A stretch of DNA of 63,316 nt, counting the filler. It is 6 parts of 6 records of this genome, joined end to end, with 100 filler letters (N's around TTAATTAATTAA, not from the genome) between each part and the next. Parts side by side here need not be neighbours in the genome. Positions count along the whole stretch, not along the records: positions 36,592 to 49,630 come from DRR723986_6388; positions 49,731 to 56,398 come from DRR723986_6391; 4 more parts are not named here. The stretch is one strand, 5' to 3'. Numbering within the stretch: the first letter of the stretch is position 1; the number at the start of each line of letters is the position of its first letter. The position numbers were made by a program, and so were the translations under genes. Below are positions 39,576 through 49,731 of the stretch, one piece after another. The notes beneath the pieces are model-generated. The model searched no databases, had not been told where the DNA came from, and worked only from the letters and a program-made list of their open reading frames with translations.

Positions 39576-40733
39576 CTATACATCCAGCGAGCGGGCGATC
39601 AGCTCTTTCATGATTTCGTTTGTGCCGCCATAGATCATCTGCACGCGGGCATCGGTGTAGAGGCGCGCGATAGGGTATTCCATCATAAAGCCGTAGCCGC
39701 CAAACAGCTGCAGGCATTCATGCATCACCTCGTTTTGGGTCTCGGAGCCCCAATATTTCGCCATCGAGGCGGTGGCGGCATCCAGCGTGCCGGCCTCGGC
39801 CCGGGCGATGCAATCGTTGACAAAGGCGCGCAGCACCTCGGCCTTGGTTTTCATCTCGGCCAGTTTGAAACGGGTGTTTTGAAAATCCATCACGCGTTTA
39901 CCAAAGGCGCGGCGCCCCTGCACATAGGCAATGGTTTCAGATAGGGCAAAATCAATCGCGCCCAGCGCTGCAATGGCGATCACCAGCCGCTCCCATGGCA
40001 GCTGTTTCATCAGCTGATAAAACCCTTGCCCCTCTTCCTGGCCCAACAGGTTGGTCAGGGGCACTTTGACATCATCGAAAAACAGCTCGGATGTGTCATT
40101 GGCTTTCATCCCCAGCTTTTCCAGGTTGCGCCCGCGGCGAAAGCCCGTTGCATCATCGGTTTCCACCAAAATCAGCGACACCCCGCGCGCCCCGGCGGAT
40201 GGGTCGGTTTTGGCGACAACCACGATCAAATCGGCGGTTTGCCCGTTGGTGATAAAGGTTTTGGCGCCATTGATGCGGTATTGATTGCCGTCTTTCGTGG
40301 CGGTGGTGGATACCGCCTGTAAATCTGATCCGCAGCCCGGCTCGGTCATGGCGATGGCCGCCACCCGGCGCCCGGCCACAAGATCGGGCAGCCAGCGCTG
40401 TTTTTGCTCGTCGCTGCCATAGGCCAGCAAATAATGGGTCACGATCGACTGGATGGAATAGCCCCAGCCACAATCGCCCACCGCTGCCTGTTCGTAAACG
40501 GTGATGGCATCAAAGCCCACACCGCCCCCCGCGCCGCCGTAGGCCTCGGGCACAGCGCCGCCCATCAGCCCCTGCGCGCCTGCAATTTCCCAAAAGCCAC
40601 GATCAACCTGGCCTTGTTTGACCCAGGTTGGAATATGCGGGGCCAGATCCTGGGCGTAGACGCGCGCGGCCATATCGGCAAACATGCGATGTTCGTCTGT
40701 CACCCATGCGGCACTGGGGGTAAAGAGGCTCAT
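39576..40733 (-). CDS. Acyl-CoA dehydrogenase (long-chain type)
   Basis: 'AMTEPGCGSDLQ', 'GAKTFITNG', 'QLFGGYGFMMEYPIAR', 'IYGGTNEIMK'. Confidence 0.95.
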   Translation of the reverse strand: MSLFTPSAAWVTDEHRMFADMAARVYAQDLAPHIPTWVKQGQVDRGFWEIAGAQGLMGGAVPEAYGGAGGGVGFDAITVYEQAAVGDCGWGYSIQSIVTHYLLAYGSDEQKQRWLPDLVAGRRVAAIAMTEPGCGSDLQAVSTTATKDGNQYRINGAKTFITNGQTADLIVVVAKTDPSAGARGVSLILVETDDATGFRRGRNLEKLGMKANDTSELFFDDVKVPLTNLLGQEEGQGFYQLMKQLPWERLVIAIAALGAIDFALSETIAYVQGRRAFGKRVMDFQNTRFKLAEMKTKAEVLRAFVNDCIARAEAGTLDAATASMAKYWGSETQNEVMHECLQLFGGYGFMMEYPIARLYTDARVQMIYGGTNEIMKELIARSLDV

Positions 40734-41037
40734 TTTGATCTCCGTTCGTTGCGATAGCCCGGGCTATGGACGACCGGCTTGTACAATGTTGTGCCCAAGA
40801 ATTATGCACAGTCCAGCGCTGCGTTGGGGTATCGCTGCGTCAGTTGCCGATTTTCTGCACTGCGGACTTAAGTTCCGCAACGTCATCACACCGCTTTGTG
40901 TTGACCCGCACCCAAAAATATGGACGAAATGCGCCATCACCTAGGAGGGGTGGCGCAACTTAAAGCCGACTGGCTGGCGGTTGCTAGAGGCCTGCGCACT
41001 GAATGATGTGGGCCATCGAAGAACAGGGAGGAATGGG

Positions 41038-41913
41038 GTGGAAGTTTTACAGCTTCTCATCAGCGGCATGGCTAATGGCTGTGTTTACGGGCTTGTCGCC
41101 CTAGGGTTTGTGTTGATCTACAAAGCAACCGAGGCCGTGAATTTTGCCCAGGGCGATTTCATGATGCTGGGTGCTTTTGTCACGCTGGGCCTTGTGAACC
41201 CCGAGTTCATGGGCATCCCGTTTTGGTTGGCGCTGCCGCTGGTCTTTGTGATCATGGGCGCCTTTGGCTACCTGCTGGATCTGGTGGTGCTGCGCGCGGT
41301 GTTTGGCCAAAATCAGGTGGCCGTGATTATCTTGACCATCGCGTTGGGGTTCATCTTGCGGTTTAGCGCGGGGCTGATCTGGGGGCACGAGCCGATGTCG
41401 CTGCATTCGCCCCTGGCCTTGGGCGATGTGCGGCTGGGCGATCTGGTTTTGGGCATGGCTGATGTGGCCATCATCATCACCACTTTCTTGCTGACATTGG
41501 CGCTGTGGCAGTTTTTCCAGCGCACCAAAATTGGCCTGGCCATGCAGGCCGCCAGCCAAAACCAAATGGCGGCCTATTACATGGGTATCCCGGTGAAGCG
41601 GGTGCACGGCATGGTTTGGGCCTTGGCGGGCATTGTGGCGGCTGTGGCGGGCATTCTTTATGCCTCGAAAGGTGCCATTGACCCCAACGCCGGCTTCATC
41701 GGCATCAAAGCCTTTGCCGCGGCGGTGATCGGCGGTTTTGGCTCGTTGCCCGGGGCGCTGCTGGGCGGCTTGATCGTTGGTATTATCGAGCCCTTCGCCG
41801 CCCGCTATCTGCCGGCTGGCTGGTCGCAAATTGCGCCCTATGCGCTGCTGATTGCGGTGCTGTTGTTCCGTCCGCACGGGCTGTTTGCCCAAGTGCGCGT
41901 GAAAAAGGTGTAA
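41038..41913 (+). CDS. LIV-type ABC permease (LivH-like)
   Basis: 'YGLVALGFVLIYKAT..VNFAQG', 'IGGFGSLPGA'; GTG start after GGAGG. Confidence 0.92.
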   Translation: MEVLQLLISGMANGCVYGLVALGFVLIYKATEAVNFAQGDFMMLGAFVTLGLVNPEFMGIPFWLALPLVFVIMGAFGYLLDLVVLRAVFGQNQVAVIILTIALGFILRFSAGLIWGHEPMSLHSPLALGDVRLGDLVLGMADVAIIITTFLLTLALWQFFQRTKIGLAMQAASQNQMAAYYMGIPVKRVHGMVWALAGIVAAVAGILYASKGAIDPNAGFIGIKAFAAAVIGGFGSLPGALLGGLIVGIIEPFAARYLPAGWSQIAPYALLIAVLLFRPHGLFAQVRVKKV

Positions 41914-41916
41914 GCC

Positions 41917-42999
41917 ATGCGCATTCATTTCAAAACAAGCTACGACGACGACATTCGCCTTTTTGAAGATGGCTGGAAGCTGTCGCTTTATGGCGCGCTG
42001 CTGGCGCTGATGGTGGCGCTGCCCTGGCTGATCGATGATTTCTATCTGGGCGAGGCCACGAACGTGTTGATCTGGGCCACCTGTGGGCTGGGGCTGATGC
42101 TGCTGACCGGGCAAACAGGCCAGGCCAGCCTTGGGCATTCGGCCTTTATGGCGCTGGGCTGTTACAGCACGGTGTTGCTGATCGAGGCAGGCGTGCCCTT
42201 TATCGTGGCCTTCCCGCTGGCAGGTATCATCACCGGGATTGTGGGCGGTTTGATCGCCATTCCCGCGCTGAAATTGCATGGCGTGTATCTGGCCATCGCC
42301 ACATTGGCATTGGCCATTCTGACCGACGACCTGATCGTGATGCTCGAGCCCTGGACAGGCGGTGTTGGCGGCAAATTTGCCCCCCCGATCACCGTGTTTG
42401 GGCTAGAGGTGAACCGCTGGTCAAGTCCGGCTGCCTGGTATTACATGGCCTTGATTGTGGTGCTGGTGGTGACGCTGTTTTACCGCAATCTGCTGCGTGC
42501 GCCGATGGGGCGTGCCTTTGCCGCGGTGCGCGATAGCGAGATTTCGGCGCAGGCCATGGGGGTGAACCTGGCGCGCACCAAAACCATCGCTTTTGGCATG
42601 TCGGCCGGCATCACTGGCCTGGGCGGTGCGCTGATGGGGCTGTTTGCCGAGGTGTTCAACAACGAAACCTTCACATTTATTCTGTCGATCCAGCTGTTGA
42701 TGATGATCGTGGTGGGCGGCTTGGGCTTTATCCATGGGGCGTTTCTGGGCGCCATCGTGATCTCGTTTCTGCCGCAGGCCTTGTCGATCATCACCGATGG
42801 TATCGGCAGTAACGTGGCCATCCCGGGGCTGGAAATTGGGGTGTTTGGGGTGATCATGATCTTGTTCATCCTGTTCGAACCCATGGGCCTTTATGGGCGC
42901 TGGCTGAAGATCCGCACGTTCTTTCAGCTGTTCCCCTTTGCCCGCAAAGACATGTTCCGCCGCCAAAAATCCTATCTGAAAACGGAGCGCCTGAGATGA
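41917..42999 (+). CDS. LIV-type ABC permease (LivM-like)
   Basis: 'GQASLGHSAF', 'YLAIATLA', 'GRAFAAVRDSE'. Confidence 0.92.
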   Translation: MRIHFKTSYDDDIRLFEDGWKLSLYGALLALMVALPWLIDDFYLGEATNVLIWATCGLGLMLLTGQTGQASLGHSAFMALGCYSTVLLIEAGVPFIVAFPLAGIITGIVGGLIAIPALKLHGVYLAIATLALAILTDDLIVMLEPWTGGVGGKFAPPITVFGLEVNRWSSPAAWYYMALIVVLVVTLFYRNLLRAPMGRAFAAVRDSEISAQAMGVNLARTKTIAFGMSAGITGLGGALMGLFAEVFNNETFTFILSIQLLMMIVVGGLGFIHGAFLGAIVISFLPQALSIITDGIGSNVAIPGLEIGVFGVIMILFILFEPMGLYGRWLKIRTFFQLFPFARKDMFRRQKSYLKTERLR

Positions 43000-43766
43000 G
43001 TTTGCTGACGCTCGAAAATGTAACGTTGAAATTCGGCGGCTTAACGGCTGTGAATAACCTCAGCATGCAGGTGGAAGAGGGGCAGGTGTTTGCGCTGGTG
43101 GGGCCGAATGGCGCTGGTAAATCCACGGTGTTTAACCTGATTTCACGCTTTTACACGCCCGTATCCGGCAAGATCAGCTTTGCAGGCACCGATCTGTTGG
43201 GCCTGGCCCCTGATGAGGTGCCCAGCCTGGGCATTGCGCGCACCTTTCAAAATATCGAGCTGTTCGATCAGGCGACGGTGCTGGAAAACCTGTTGGTGGG
43301 CCGCCATCGCCACCGCGGCACCAATTTGGTGCAGCAGATGTTTCACACGCCCGCCGTGCGCGCAGAAGAGCGCGCGCACCGCGAAGCGGTGGAAGAGGTG
43401 ATCGATTTTCTTGATCTGCAACCCTACCGCAATTCGCGTATCGCGGGCCTGCCTTATGGGGTGCGCAAGGTGGTCGAGGTGGCGCGCGCGCTGGCGTCGA
43501 AACCGCGGCTGTTGCTGCTGGACGAGCCGGCCTCGGGCCTGTCGGTGGAAGAGACGCAAAATATGCGCTGGTGGATCGATGATATCCGCCGCCAAATGGG
43601 GATTACGGTGTTGATGGTCGAGCATGACATGGGGCTGGTCAGCAAAGTATGCGACAAGGTTTTGGCCCTGGCCGATGGGGCAATGTTGGCCCAAGGCACC
43701 CCCGCCGAGGTGCAAAGCCACCCCGCGGTGATCGAGGCCTATCTGGGCACGGGGGATGCAGCATGA
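42996..43766 (+). CDS. LIV-type ABC ATPase (LivG-like)
   Basis: GPNGAGKST, 'ARTFQN', 'LLDEP', 'VIEAYLG'. Confidence 0.93.
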   Translation: MSLLTLENVTLKFGGLTAVNNLSMQVEEGQVFALVGPNGAGKSTVFNLISRFYTPVSGKISFAGTDLLGLAPDEVPSLGIARTFQNIELFDQATVLENLLVGRHRHRGTNLVQQMFHTPAVRAEERAHREAVEEVIDFLDLQPYRNSRIAGLPYGVRKVVEVARALASKPRLLLLDEPASGLSVEETQNMRWWIDDIRRQMGITVLMVEHDMGLVSKVCDKVLALADGAMLAQGTPAEVQSHPAVIEAYLGTGDAA

Positions 43767-44539
43767 CCAGCACCCCCCTGTTACAAGTGCGCAATCTGGA
43801 AACCTTTTATGGCCCGATCATGGCCATTCGCGGTGTTAGCCTCGAGGTGCACAAAGGCTCGGTTGTAACCGTTCTTGGCGCCAATGGGGCCGGCAAAACG
43901 ACGCTGTTGAAAACCATCTCGGGCATTATGGACCCGGAAAAGGGCGAAATCCTGTTCGAGGGTGAAAACATCGCCGGGCGCGAACCGCACCGCGTGGTGA
44001 AATCGGGCATCGTGCATGTGCCCGAGGGGCGCGAGGTGTTTCCGCTGCTGACGGTCGAGGAAAACCTGGCACTGGGCGCCTATACCCGCAGCGACCGCGC
44101 AGGCATCGCCCAAGACCGCGATATGGTGTTCGAATATTTCCCAATTCTGAAAGAGCGCCGCAACCAAGAGGCCGGCACGCTTTCGGGCGGGCAGCAGCAA
44201 ATGCTGGCCATCGGCCGTGGGCTGATGCTGCGGCCAAAGATCATGTTGCTGGATGAACCCAGCCTTGGGCTGTCGCCGCTATTGGTGCAGGAAATCTTTG
44301 CCATTCTGAAACGCCTCAACAGCGAAGAAGGCGTGACGATGATGCTGGTTGAACAAAACGCCAGCGTGGCACTGGGCCTGGCCGATCAGGGCTATGTTAT
44401 GGAGCTGGGCCGTATCGTGATGAACGGCAGCAGCGAACGCCTGCAGGCCAGCGAAGATATCAAAAGCTTTTATCTTGGCCATAGCGAAGACACCGGGCGC
44501 GGCGAAAAGCGCTGGAAACGCAAGAAAACCTGGAGATGA
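43763..44539 (+). CDS. LIV-type ABC ATPase (LivF-like)
   Basis: GANGAGKTT, 'VPEGR', LSGGQQQM, 'DEPSLGL'. Confidence 0.93.
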   Translation: MTSTPLLQVRNLETFYGPIMAIRGVSLEVHKGSVVTVLGANGAGKTTLLKTISGIMDPEKGEILFEGENIAGREPHRVVKSGIVHVPEGREVFPLLTVEENLALGAYTRSDRAGIAQDRDMVFEYFPILKERRNQEAGTLSGGQQQMLAIGRGLMLRPKIMLLDEPSLGLSPLLVQEIFAILKRLNSEEGVTMMLVEQNASVALGLADQGYVMELGRIVMNGSSERLQASEDIKSFYLGHSEDTGRGEKRWKRKKTWR

Positions 44540-44549
44540 GCGCGTGAAT

Positions 44550-46427
44550 ATGCAGTCCCGGTCCGCATCTGTTATTATCAATGGCGTCACCTTTAACGCC
44601 GATCCGGCGGCACGCCCTGTGCTGGTGGATGGCCAAGACACGATTGTGAAACTTTTTGCGCAACGCTGTGCCAGTTTGGGCGCGCGCACGGCGCATCGTG
44701 AAAAAGATTTCGGCATCTGGAAATCCTACAGCTGGTCCGATTACTGGACCCATGCTGCCTGGGTGGGTATGGGCCTGCGCGCGCTGGGGTTGCAGCGCGG
44801 GCAGGTGGTATCGATCTTGTCGGAAGACCGCAAGGAATGGGCCTATTTCGATTTGGGCATTCAGGCGGTTGGGGGCATTGCCTCGGGTGTGTATACAACC
44901 GATTCTGCGGCGCAGCTGGCCTATCTGCTAACCGATAGCCAATCGCGGTTTTTGATTGTCGAAAACGAAGAGCAGCTGGATAAATACCTGGAAATTGCCG
45001 ACAGCACGCCCGATGTGCAAAAGGTGATTGTGCTAGAAGACGAAGGCCTGCACGCCCTGTCTGACCCGCGGGTGATGTTCTTGGCCGATCTTTATGCCTT
45101 GGGCAAACAGGCGCATGAGGCAGCTCCTGAAACCTTTGGGGATGAAATCGCCAAATCCCAGCCCGGTGATACGGCGCTATTGATCTATACCTCGGGCACC
45201 ACAGGCATGCCCAAGGGCGCGATGCTATCCAACGAAAACATCATGGCCGCGATCACCGCGGGTGCGCATGGCCTGCCTGCGCAAGACAGCGACGAACAGC
45301 TGTGTTTCTTGCCGCTTTGCCACATTCTGGAACGCGATGTTTCCATCTATTTCCCGCTGGCGGCCAAATGCACGGTCAATTTTGCCGAAAGCCCGGAAAC
45401 GGTGTTCAGCAATCTTCAAGAGGTCAGCCCGATGACCTTTACCGCCGTGCCCCGCGTCTGGGAGAAAATCTATTCGCGCGTGCTGATCATGGCGCAAGAG
45501 GCCACATGGCTGGGGCGCGTGTCGTTTTCCCAGGCGGTAAAAGCGGGGCGAAAACGCGCTGATGCGCTGGCCACCACCGGGCGCGTGCCGGTGCTGACGG
45601 CGCTGAATTATGCGCTGTGGGATATGCTGGTGCTGCGCAATCTGCGCCGGATGTTGGGCTTTGATCGCATGCGTCGTGGCGGCACCGGGGCGGCACCGAT
45701 ATCGCCCGAGCTGTTGAAATGGTACTGGTCGATCGGTGTGCCCCTGGTCGAGGGCTACGGCATGACCGAAACCAGCGGCATCGCCACCATCAACACCCCC
45801 GATGACAACCGCACCGGCACAATCGGCCGGCCTGTGCCAGGGGTCAGCGTGCGCATTGCCGATGATGGCGAAATCCAGACCAAGGGCTTGAACAATTTTC
45901 AGGGCTATTGGCGCAATAATGAAAAATCAGCCGAAAGCTACACCGCTGATGGCTGGCTGCGCACCGGCGATGTGGGCCGGATTGACGAGGATGGCTATGT
46001 GACCATCACGGGCCGGCTGAAAGACATCATCATCACCGCGGGCGGCAAAAACATTACGCCTGCCGAAATTGAAAGCCGCCTGAAATTCAGCCACTATATC
46101 AGCGACGCGGTGATTATTGGCGACAGGCGCAAATACCTGACGGCCTTGGTGATGATTGACCAGGAGAATGTTGAAAAATACGCCCAGGATAACAAGGTGC
46201 CTTTCTCGGATTTTGCCTCGCTGTGCCGGGCGCAGGCGGTGCAAGATCTGATCCGCGCCGAAGTGGAACAGGTAAACCGCGAATTTGCACGCGTCGAACA
46301 GATCAAAGATTTCCGCCTGATCGACGTGCTGCTGACTGCCGAAGATGAAGAGTTGACGGCCACCATGAAACTGCGCCGCAGTTTTGTTGAAAAGCGCCAC
46401 AAAGCGCTGATTGATGATATGTACTGA
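44550..46427 (+). CDS. Long-chain fatty acid-CoA ligase (AMP-binding)
   Basis: 'YTSGTTGMPKG', 'EGYGMTE', 'TGDVG', 'GRLKDIIITAGGKN'. Confidence 0.93.
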   Translation: MQSRSASVIINGVTFNADPAARPVLVDGQDTIVKLFAQRCASLGARTAHREKDFGIWKSYSWSDYWTHAAWVGMGLRALGLQRGQVVSILSEDRKEWAYFDLGIQAVGGIASGVYTTDSAAQLAYLLTDSQSRFLIVENEEQLDKYLEIADSTPDVQKVIVLEDEGLHALSDPRVMFLADLYALGKQAHEAAPETFGDEIAKSQPGDTALLIYTSGTTGMPKGAMLSNENIMAAITAGAHGLPAQDSDEQLCFLPLCHILERDVSIYFPLAAKCTVNFAESPETVFSNLQEVSPMTFTAVPRVWEKIYSRVLIMAQEATWLGRVSFSQAVKAGRKRADALATTGRVPVLTALNYALWDMLVLRNLRRMLGFDRMRRGGTGAAPISPELLKWYWSIGVPLVEGYGMTETSGIATINTPDDNRTGTIGRPVPGVSVRIADDGEIQTKGLNNFQGYWRNNEKSAESYTADGWLRTGDVGRIDEDGYVTITGRLKDIIITAGGKNITPAEIESRLKFSHYISDAVIIGDRRKYLTALVMIDQENVEKYAQDNKVPFSDFASLCRAQAVQDLIRAEVEQVNREFARVEQIKDFRLIDVLLTAEDEELTATMKLRRSFVEKRHKALIDDMY

Positions 46428-46469
46428 ACAGCCCTTGGTGAAATGGGCAAAAACGGGAGGAAAGACAAA

Positions 46470-47630
46470 ATGAAACGCCTGATGAATACCCTTTTGGGCA
46501 GCGCCTTGGCGCTGGGCATGGCGCAGGCCGCCGTGGCCGAAACCCAAGGTGTCAGCGATACGGAAATCGTGATCGGCTCGGTGAATGACCTCAGCGGCAT
46601 TTTCGCGGCTGTGGGTGTGCCTGCCACCAATGGCGCAAACCTGTTTCTGGACAAAGTCAACGCCGCCGGTGGTGTGCATGGCCGCCAGATCCGCTTTGTT
46701 GTAGAAGACCACAGCTACCAGCTGCCCAAGGCCGCGCAGGCCTATAACAAACTGGTAAACCGCGACAAAGTATTCGCGATGATGCTGTCGTTGGGCACGC
46801 CGCACAACCTGGCTGGTTTCAAAATTCTTGATCCCAAAGGCATTCCAAACCTGAACCCGCTGTCAGCCGCACGCGAGATGCTGTCTGAGCCGATCGACAA
46901 TAAATACACAGGCTTTGCCAGCTATTACGATCAGGCCGTTGCAGGCATCAAATACCTGAAAGAAAACACCGGCGCCACGAAAGTATGCGCCATGTATCTG
47001 CCCACCGATTTCGGCATTGAAATCGCCACGGCCGCCAAGGAAAGCACCGCCGCGCTGGGCACCGAATTTATCGCAGAAACCACCCACAAACCCGACGAGC
47101 AAGATTTTGTAGGCGCGGTGCAAAAACTGCGCGCCGAGGGCTGTGAAACGGTTGTTATGGCACTGGGTGTGCGCGCGGGTATCACCGTTGTGGGCACGGC
47201 CAAGCAGCTGGGTTGGGCCGAGGCGAAATTCCTCAACACCTCGGCGGGCTTTCTGGAAGCTGTGGCCGCTGTGCCAAATGGCGTGACCGATGGCCTTTAT
47301 GCCGCCGCTGGCTGGGTAGATCTGCGCGCCCGCGCGGCCGATCCGGCACCTGCCGCCTTTATCGCGGAATATGAGGCGAAATTCGGCCATCCCGCCACTG
47401 GTTTCGCGATGCTGGGCTATAACGCCGCTGAAACGCTTGTGATGGCGCTCGAGGCCGCAGGCCCCGACCTGACGCAGGAAAGTTTCCAAAAAGGGATGGA
47501 ATCGATCAATTACTATTCCGAGCTGCTGGATGCGCCCATTGCCTATGGCCCGGGCGACCATCAGGGTGGCGACGAAGTGACGATCTCGGTTGTTGAAAAC
47601 GGCCTGTGGAAATTGCTGGCCCGCCAGTAA
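46470..47630 (+). CDS. ABC substrate-binding protein (LivJ/PBP1 type)
   Basis: Signal peptide, 'GVSDTEIVIG', 'NAAGGVHGRQI'. Confidence 0.9.
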   Translation: MKRLMNTLLGSALALGMAQAAVAETQGVSDTEIVIGSVNDLSGIFAAVGVPATNGANLFLDKVNAAGGVHGRQIRFVVEDHSYQLPKAAQAYNKLVNRDKVFAMMLSLGTPHNLAGFKILDPKGIPNLNPLSAAREMLSEPIDNKYTGFASYYDQAVAGIKYLKENTGATKVCAMYLPTDFGIEIATAAKESTAALGTEFIAETTHKPDEQDFVGAVQKLRAEGCETVVMALGVRAGITVVGTAKQLGWAEAKFLNTSAGFLEAVAAVPNGVTDGLYAAAGWVDLRARAADPAPAAFIAEYEAKFGHPATGFAMLGYNAAETLVMALEAAGPDLTQESFQKGMESINYYSELLDAPIAYGPGDHQGGDEVTISVVENGLWKLLARQ

Positions 47631-47652
47631 GCGAAATCGCTGATATCTAGGC

Positions 47653-47683
47653 AAACGGCCACCCCACGCGGGTGGCCGTTTTT
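47653..47683 (+). terminator. Rho-independent terminator
   Basis: AAACGGCCACCC-CACGC-GGGTGGCCGTTTTT. Confidence 0.85.
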
Positions 47684-47796
47684 CTGTTGGCAGGGCTTGG
47701 CGCGCAGGGTTTGAGCAGATAGTCTCGCCCGCATATGTTTTGGGTGGCCAAAGCCCTGCCGCCCGTGTGGTTTGATTGGTAATATAAAGGCACTGC

Positions 47797-49419
47797 ATGA
47801 CCCAAATTCCGCAGGATCAGTTTCCGCAAGTCAGCGGTATGCGCTATTTGCGTTTTTTCCGCTGGCTGCATCAGCACCGCCGCCCCAATTGGTATCTAGA
47901 GGTGGGCACGCATATGGGCCGCAGCCTGGATATTGCCACCTGCCGCTCGATCGCAGTTGACCCCAATTTTTTGGTCAATCGCGGGGTCATTGGCACCAAG
48001 CCCGAATTACATTGCCTGTCGCAAACCAGCGACGATTTTTTCGCCAGCGGTTTTGCCCAGCGTATCGGTGCTGTGGTGGATCTGGCGTTTTTGGACGGGA
48101 TGCATCTGTTTGAATTCACGCTGCGCGATTTTATGAATTGCGAAAAACTGATGAGCCCCGATGGCATGATCATTTTGCACGATGTCGTGCCCATCAGCTA
48201 TGATGCGGTGCAGCGTGTCTGGGATCGGGAAAAAACCCGCGAGTGGACAGGCGATATCTGGCGCTTGATCCCGATTTTGCGCCGCTACCGCCCCGATTTG
48301 ACGGTGACCGTGCTTGATGCCCGCCCCAGCGGTTTGGCGTTGATCACGGGGCTTGATCCCAACAACACTGTGTTGGATCAGGCCTATGATCAGATCGTGG
48401 CCGAAAACACCGACCAAGCCCTGACACCCGAGGTGCTGAAAGCCGCGGTCGATAGCCTGCAGATCGAATCTGTGGCCGATTATATCGCCCGCCACACTGC
48501 CCCGCAGGAGGTATTGAATTTCGCGCTGAAAATCCCCACGCCACGGCAAGAAACATCGCATAAATGGGGCGAATTTCACTATGCCACATCGCTGGCCGGG
48601 GCCTTGCAGCGCATGGGCCATGGCGCACGGGTGGATTGCCGCGAAGATTGGCAAACTGCGGCCCAACCCGGCGAGGTTGAATTGTTGGTGCGCGGTAAAT
48701 TTCCCTTTGAAGACAGCAGCGACAATCTGCGCCTGATGTGGGTGCAATCGCATGCCGAAAAGGTAAGCGCCGATGAAATGCGGGGCGTGGCGCATAGTTT
48801 CCTGGCCACGCAAAACCTGCCCAAACCGGCCAAGGGCGTATCGCGCTCGGCGCTGTTGCAATGCACCGATGCCACCCGCTTTCCCGGGCCAAAGGGGGTA
48901 AAGGCGCCCGAGCACCCGGTGCTGTTTGTGGGCAATTGCTACCCCAAACGCAAATCTTACGGCATGGTCGCTTGGGCGCAGGCCGCGGGGCTGGCCGAGG
49001 TGGCCGTTTATGGCACGGGCTGGGGCTGGGTGGCGCCCGAATGGCAAAGGGGCGGCGTTATTCCCAACGATCAATTGGGCGCCTATTACCGCGCCGCGGG
49101 CGTTGTGCTGAACGATCACCACCATTCGATGCGCGGCGCGGCGGCCTATGTGAATAACCGCGTCTATGATGTGCTGGCCTGTGGTGTGCCGCTTATTTGC
49201 GATCCGGTCGCGGGGCTGCCAGACGGGTTTGGCGAATTTATCTACATCTGCGATGGCCCCGAGGGGCTGGCCGATTGTGTGGCACAAGCCCTGGCCGAGG
49301 ACGAGGCGATGCGCACAAGGCGCCGTGAATTTGCCCAGCATGTGCGCGAGGCCCATAGTTTCGATGCGCGCGCGCGCGAAATTGTGGAAAAACTGCAGGG
49401 CTTGGGGCAGGGCGGCTAG
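47797..49419 (+). CDS. Fusion of a class I SAM methyltransferase (Methyltransf_24-like) and a CgeB/GT-B glycosyltransferase-like domain
   Basis: N-terminal 'YLEVG', 'DLAFLDGMHLFE', 'ILHD', 'WTGDIW'. C-terminal 'LFVGN', 'YGTGW', 'VVLNDH', 'NNRVYDVLACG', 'HSFDARA'. Confidence 0.8.
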   Translation: MTQIPQDQFPQVSGMRYLRFFRWLHQHRRPNWYLEVGTHMGRSLDIATCRSIAVDPNFLVNRGVIGTKPELHCLSQTSDDFFASGFAQRIGAVVDLAFLDGMHLFEFTLRDFMNCEKLMSPDGMIILHDVVPISYDAVQRVWDREKTREWTGDIWRLIPILRRYRPDLTVTVLDARPSGLALITGLDPNNTVLDQAYDQIVAENTDQALTPEVLKAAVDSLQIESVADYIARHTAPQEVLNFALKIPTPRQETSHKWGEFHYATSLAGALQRMGHGARVDCREDWQTAAQPGEVELLVRGKFPFEDSSDNLRLMWVQSHAEKVSADEMRGVAHSFLATQNLPKPAKGVSRSALLQCTDATRFPGPKGVKAPEHPVLFVGNCYPKRKSYGMVAWAQAAGLAEVAVYGTGWGWVAPEWQRGGVIPNDQLGAYYRAAGVVLNDHHHSMRGAAAYVNNRVYDVLACGVPLICDPVAGLPDGFGEFIYICDGPEGLADCVAQALAEDEAMRTRRREFAQHVREAHSFDARAREIVEKLQGLGQGG

Positions 49420-49528
49420 GGCCGTTTGGTAATTCGTGGGTTGGTTTTTGGCGCTGGGGCGTGTACCAGCGCCCCCGACCGCATGACACCAAGACCGCGC
49501 ATTCCGCGCGGCCCGAGGACCAATCCCG

Positions 49529-49630
49529 ATGTTTTCCCTTTCTGCCTACCGCGCCGAATGGTTGCGCAACCCCCGTGGCGATTTGTTGTCAGGCCTTGTG
49601 GTGGCGCTGGCGCTGATCCCCGAGGCGATT
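49529..49630 (+). CDS. SulP-family anion transporter, N-terminus (truncated), not in the ORF track
   Basis: [34 protein letters not shown]; '[13 protein letters not shown]' SulP signature; GAGG RBS. Confidence 0.8.
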
Positions 49631-49730
49631 NNNNNNNNNNNNNNNNNNNNNNNNNNNNNNNNNNNNNNNNNNNNTTAATTAATTAANNNNNNNNNNNNNN
49701 NNNNNNNNNNNNNNNNNNNNNNNNNNNNNN
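49631..49730. other. Artificial contig spacer
   Basis: 44 N + TTAATTAATTAA + 44 N. Confidence 0.99.
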
Positions 49731-49731
49731 C

